Shown here in pieces: positions 62,231 through 64,000 of a stretch of 64,000 nucleotides of DNA (position 1 is its first letter; each line of letters opens with the position of its first letter). The DNA comes from an uncultured Chloroflexia bacterium (GTDB lineage: Bacteria > Chloroflexota > Limnocylindria > Limnocylindrales > CSP1-4): assembly GCA_963778645.1 (NCBI GenBank), contig CAVZVH010000026.1, positions 723,841 to 787,840 of the forward strand, written 5' to 3'. The notes below the pieces were generated by a model. It worked only from the letters and a program-made list of their open reading frames with translations. It had not been told where the DNA came from and made no database searches. The position numbers and the translations under genes are program-made.

Positions 62231-63070
62231 ATGACCAGAAGAAGCGCCGCCGCCGCCGTCCTGTCCCTGCTGCTCGTCGTCGCCTGCGGTCAGGCGCCCG
62301 CGACGGATAGCCCGTCCTCGCCGCCGGGCAGCGCCTCTACGACCACGGCGCCATCGACCGCGACCGGCCCCGAGCCGACGCCGTCCGCTCCCGTCCCGGT
62401 CATCACGCCGCCGACCAGCGACGACCCGGCGTCGATCCTGCTGACCTGCGGTGGCGAGGAACGCTTCCCCTCGGCGGCACTCGCCGGCATCGGTCTCGCG
62501 GAGTTCGAGAACGATGCTGCGGCGGCGGTCCTCAAGTCGATCATCGCGGAGTCCGCCGAGCCCGATATCTTCCCGGATCACGGCTGGCATCGGGTGGCGG
62601 CCGGACCAGGCGGCGTCGTGTTCGTCGGCCCGTTCGTCGCGCCGGGCCCCGGCGATCCGGCCTGGGTCATGGTCGAGGCCGCGCCGGGTCCGGACGGCTG
62701 GACGGCCGATGCCTACGGTGCCTGCCACGCCCAACCCGTGTTGCCCGACCGGATCTGGCACGCGGACTTCTGGCTGGACCCGGCCGCACCGCCGCCCGGG
62801 CCGGACGCCACCACGCTCCACGGCCTGATCGTCGAGCGGGCCTGCGCCAGTGGCCAGCCACCGAACGGTCGGGTCCAGGCACCGGTGGTCGTCTACGACG
62901 AGCATGCCGTCACGGTCACCGTCACGGTCCGCGAGACGCCTGGCGGCGCGGACTGCCCCGGCAATCCGGAGGTGCCGATCACGATCGAGCTCGAACAGCC
63001 GCTCGGCGACCGCGTGATCCTTGACGGCTCCGTCTTCCCGCCCCGCACCACGAACGTGCCGCCGGGCTGA
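62231..63070 (+). CDS. Lipoprotein of unknown function
   Basis: ORF 62216..63070. MTRRSAAAAVLSLLLVVACGQ carries the lipobox L-V-V-A-C. A Ser/Pro/Thr-rich linker follows. Confidence 0.65.
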   Translation: MTRRSAAAAVLSLLLVVACGQAPATDSPSSPPGSASTTTAPSTATGPEPTPSAPVPVITPPTSDDPASILLTCGGEERFPSAALAGIGLAEFENDAAAAVLKSIIAESAEPDIFPDHGWHRVAAGPGGVVFVGPFVAPGPGDPAWVMVEAAPGPDGWTADAYGACHAQPVLPDRIWHADFWLDPAAPPPGPDATTLHGLIVERACASGQPPNGRVQAPVVVYDEHAVTVTVTVRETPGGADCPGNPEVPITIELEQPLGDRVILDGSVFPPRTTNVPPG

Positions 63071-63120
63071 CACCCCGACGACCTGAGCGTCCGGTGCCGG
63101 TCGCCGGGCGAGCCCGCGGG

Positions 63121-63666
63121 CTACGTTTCGGAGTGGGTCGCGCGGTACTGCTCCACGGCCTCCCGCAGCAGGTTGCCCGTCGACCCGTCGACCGCTGACT
63201 CGAGCTTCGGGTCGGCGGCGGCGATCTCCGGCACCTCGGTGAGGGCATCGTGCATGCGATCGCGGAACTCGGGCGTGACCGTCAACACGAGCACGGTCCG
63301 GCCCTCGCGCATCAGGCCCGCAACCGACTCCAGGTCCTTGTTCTTGAGGCCGCTGTCATGCAGCACGGCGGCCACGGCCCCGATGCCGGTCGCGGCCGCT
63401 GCGCCGGCCCATCCGATCGGCCCGGCCATGACCAGGAGGGCGCCCGCCACGCCGCCGGCGACCGCCCCGCGCGCGGCGCCCGCATCGCTGCTCGTGCTCT
63501 CGCGGGTCGTCACCTTGCCGCCGGGCGCCTTCGTGACGATCGCCCAGTCGGCGATCTTGAGGTATCGGTCCGTGCTCAACTCGTGGATCTCGGCGAGCGC
63601 CGCGTCGGCGAGCGCCTCGTCCGGATAGCCGAGAGCGAAGAGATAGCGCTCCTGCTGGTCGCCCAT
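63121..63666 (-). CDS. DUF1269-like membrane protein
   Basis: 181 aa. It has a Gly-zipper hydrophobic core GAARGAVAGGVAGALLVMAGPIGWAGAAAATGIGAVAAVL flanked by soluble segments. Confidence 0.6.
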   Translation of the reverse strand: MGDQQERYLFALGYPDEALADAALAEIHELSTDRYLKIADWAIVTKAPGGKVTTRESTSSDAGAARGAVAGGVAGALLVMAGPIGWAGAAAATGIGAVAAVLHDSGLKNKDLESVAGLMREGRTVLVLTVTPEFRDRMHDALTEVPEIAAADPKLESAVDGSTGNLLREAVEQYRATHSET

Positions 63667-63797
63667 CGTGTGCCTCCCGCGTCGCGCGTTGCCGCGGCCG
63701 ATCCGGGATCGGTGGCCGCGACGGCCATGGTACCCATGCGGCCCGACCGACGACGGCTGGCTAGAATGACCGGGCCAGCCGCCGAATGGAGGGATCC

Positions 63798-64000
63798 GTG
63801 AGCGTCGAGCCGTCCCCTGCCTCGCCCGAGATCGAGAACCTGCTCGCCGAGACGCGGACGTTCCCGCCCGATCCGGCGTTCACGGCGCAGGCGAATGCGA
63901 CGGCCGCCCTCTACGCCGAGGCGGAGGCGGACTTCGAGGCCTTCTGGGCCAGGCTGGCTCGCGAGCGGGTCGATTGGTTCGAACCGTTCGACATGACGCT
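63798..64000 (+). CDS. acs: Acetyl-CoA synthetase, N-terminal fragment (runs off window)
   Basis: GTG 63798 follows GGAGGG. The sequence ...ENLLAETRTFPPDPAFTAQANATAALYAEAEADFEAFWARLARERVDWFEPFD fits the Acs N-terminal pattern (DxExFW...W..PF). Confidence 0.65.
   Translation, partial: MSVEPSPASPEIENLLAETRTFPPDPAFTAQANATAALYAEAEADFEAFWARLARERVDWFEPFDMT

Noticed and set aside
63109-63120. 12-bp perfect palindrome AGCCCGCGGGCT next to the DUF1269 stop
   Set aside because: It is too short and has no loop. GC-rich palindromes of this size are expected by chance in ~70% GC DNA.

Overview
High-GC, actinobacterium-like chromosomal segment. I saw no rRNA, tRNA, CRISPR array, transposase or integrase. 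Four blocks. (1) 1-2670: the 5' part of an iolD-type TPP enzyme and a secreted TIM-barrel-like protein. (2) 2.8-35.0 kb: a ~32 kb cell-envelope glycan locus. It holds seven GT4/GT2 transferases, two intact Wzx-type flippases, a Wzy-like polymerase and O-antigen-ligase-like proteins. Sugar supply comes from gmd+rmd (GDP-D-rhamnose), an SDR epimerase and a very clear UDP-sulfoquinovose synthase (sqdB) homolog. There are four SAM methyltransferases. A separate branch looks extracytoplasmic: a DUF2304-GT2 fusion, a UPF0104 flippase-like protein and three large ArnT/PMT-like GT-C membrane proteins. (3) 35.1-42.7 kb: a second, visibly lower-GC glycan cassette (GT-B capsule-like gene, wzx, O-antigen ligase, DUF1972-GT4, second gmd). 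Five of its six genes are broken by multiple frameshifts; one methyltransferase is intact. (4) 42.8-64 kb: an MBL-rhodanese protein, two GGDEF diguanylate cyclases, a broken PolX, several other frameshifted genes, one unbroken 946-aa degenerate Zn-ribbon DNA-methylase-like protein with a nuclease-like C-terminus, a catabolic trio (FAD oxidase, class-III aminotransferase, IclR), a lipoprotein, a DUF1269 protein and the start of acs. Frame disruptions are strongly clustered rather than random. Most long ORFs in the supplied track are high-GC antisense or off-frame shadows, and I did not call them. All family assignments come from reading the translations by eye; no searches were run. Internal start codons were placed by counting from ORF-track coordinates.
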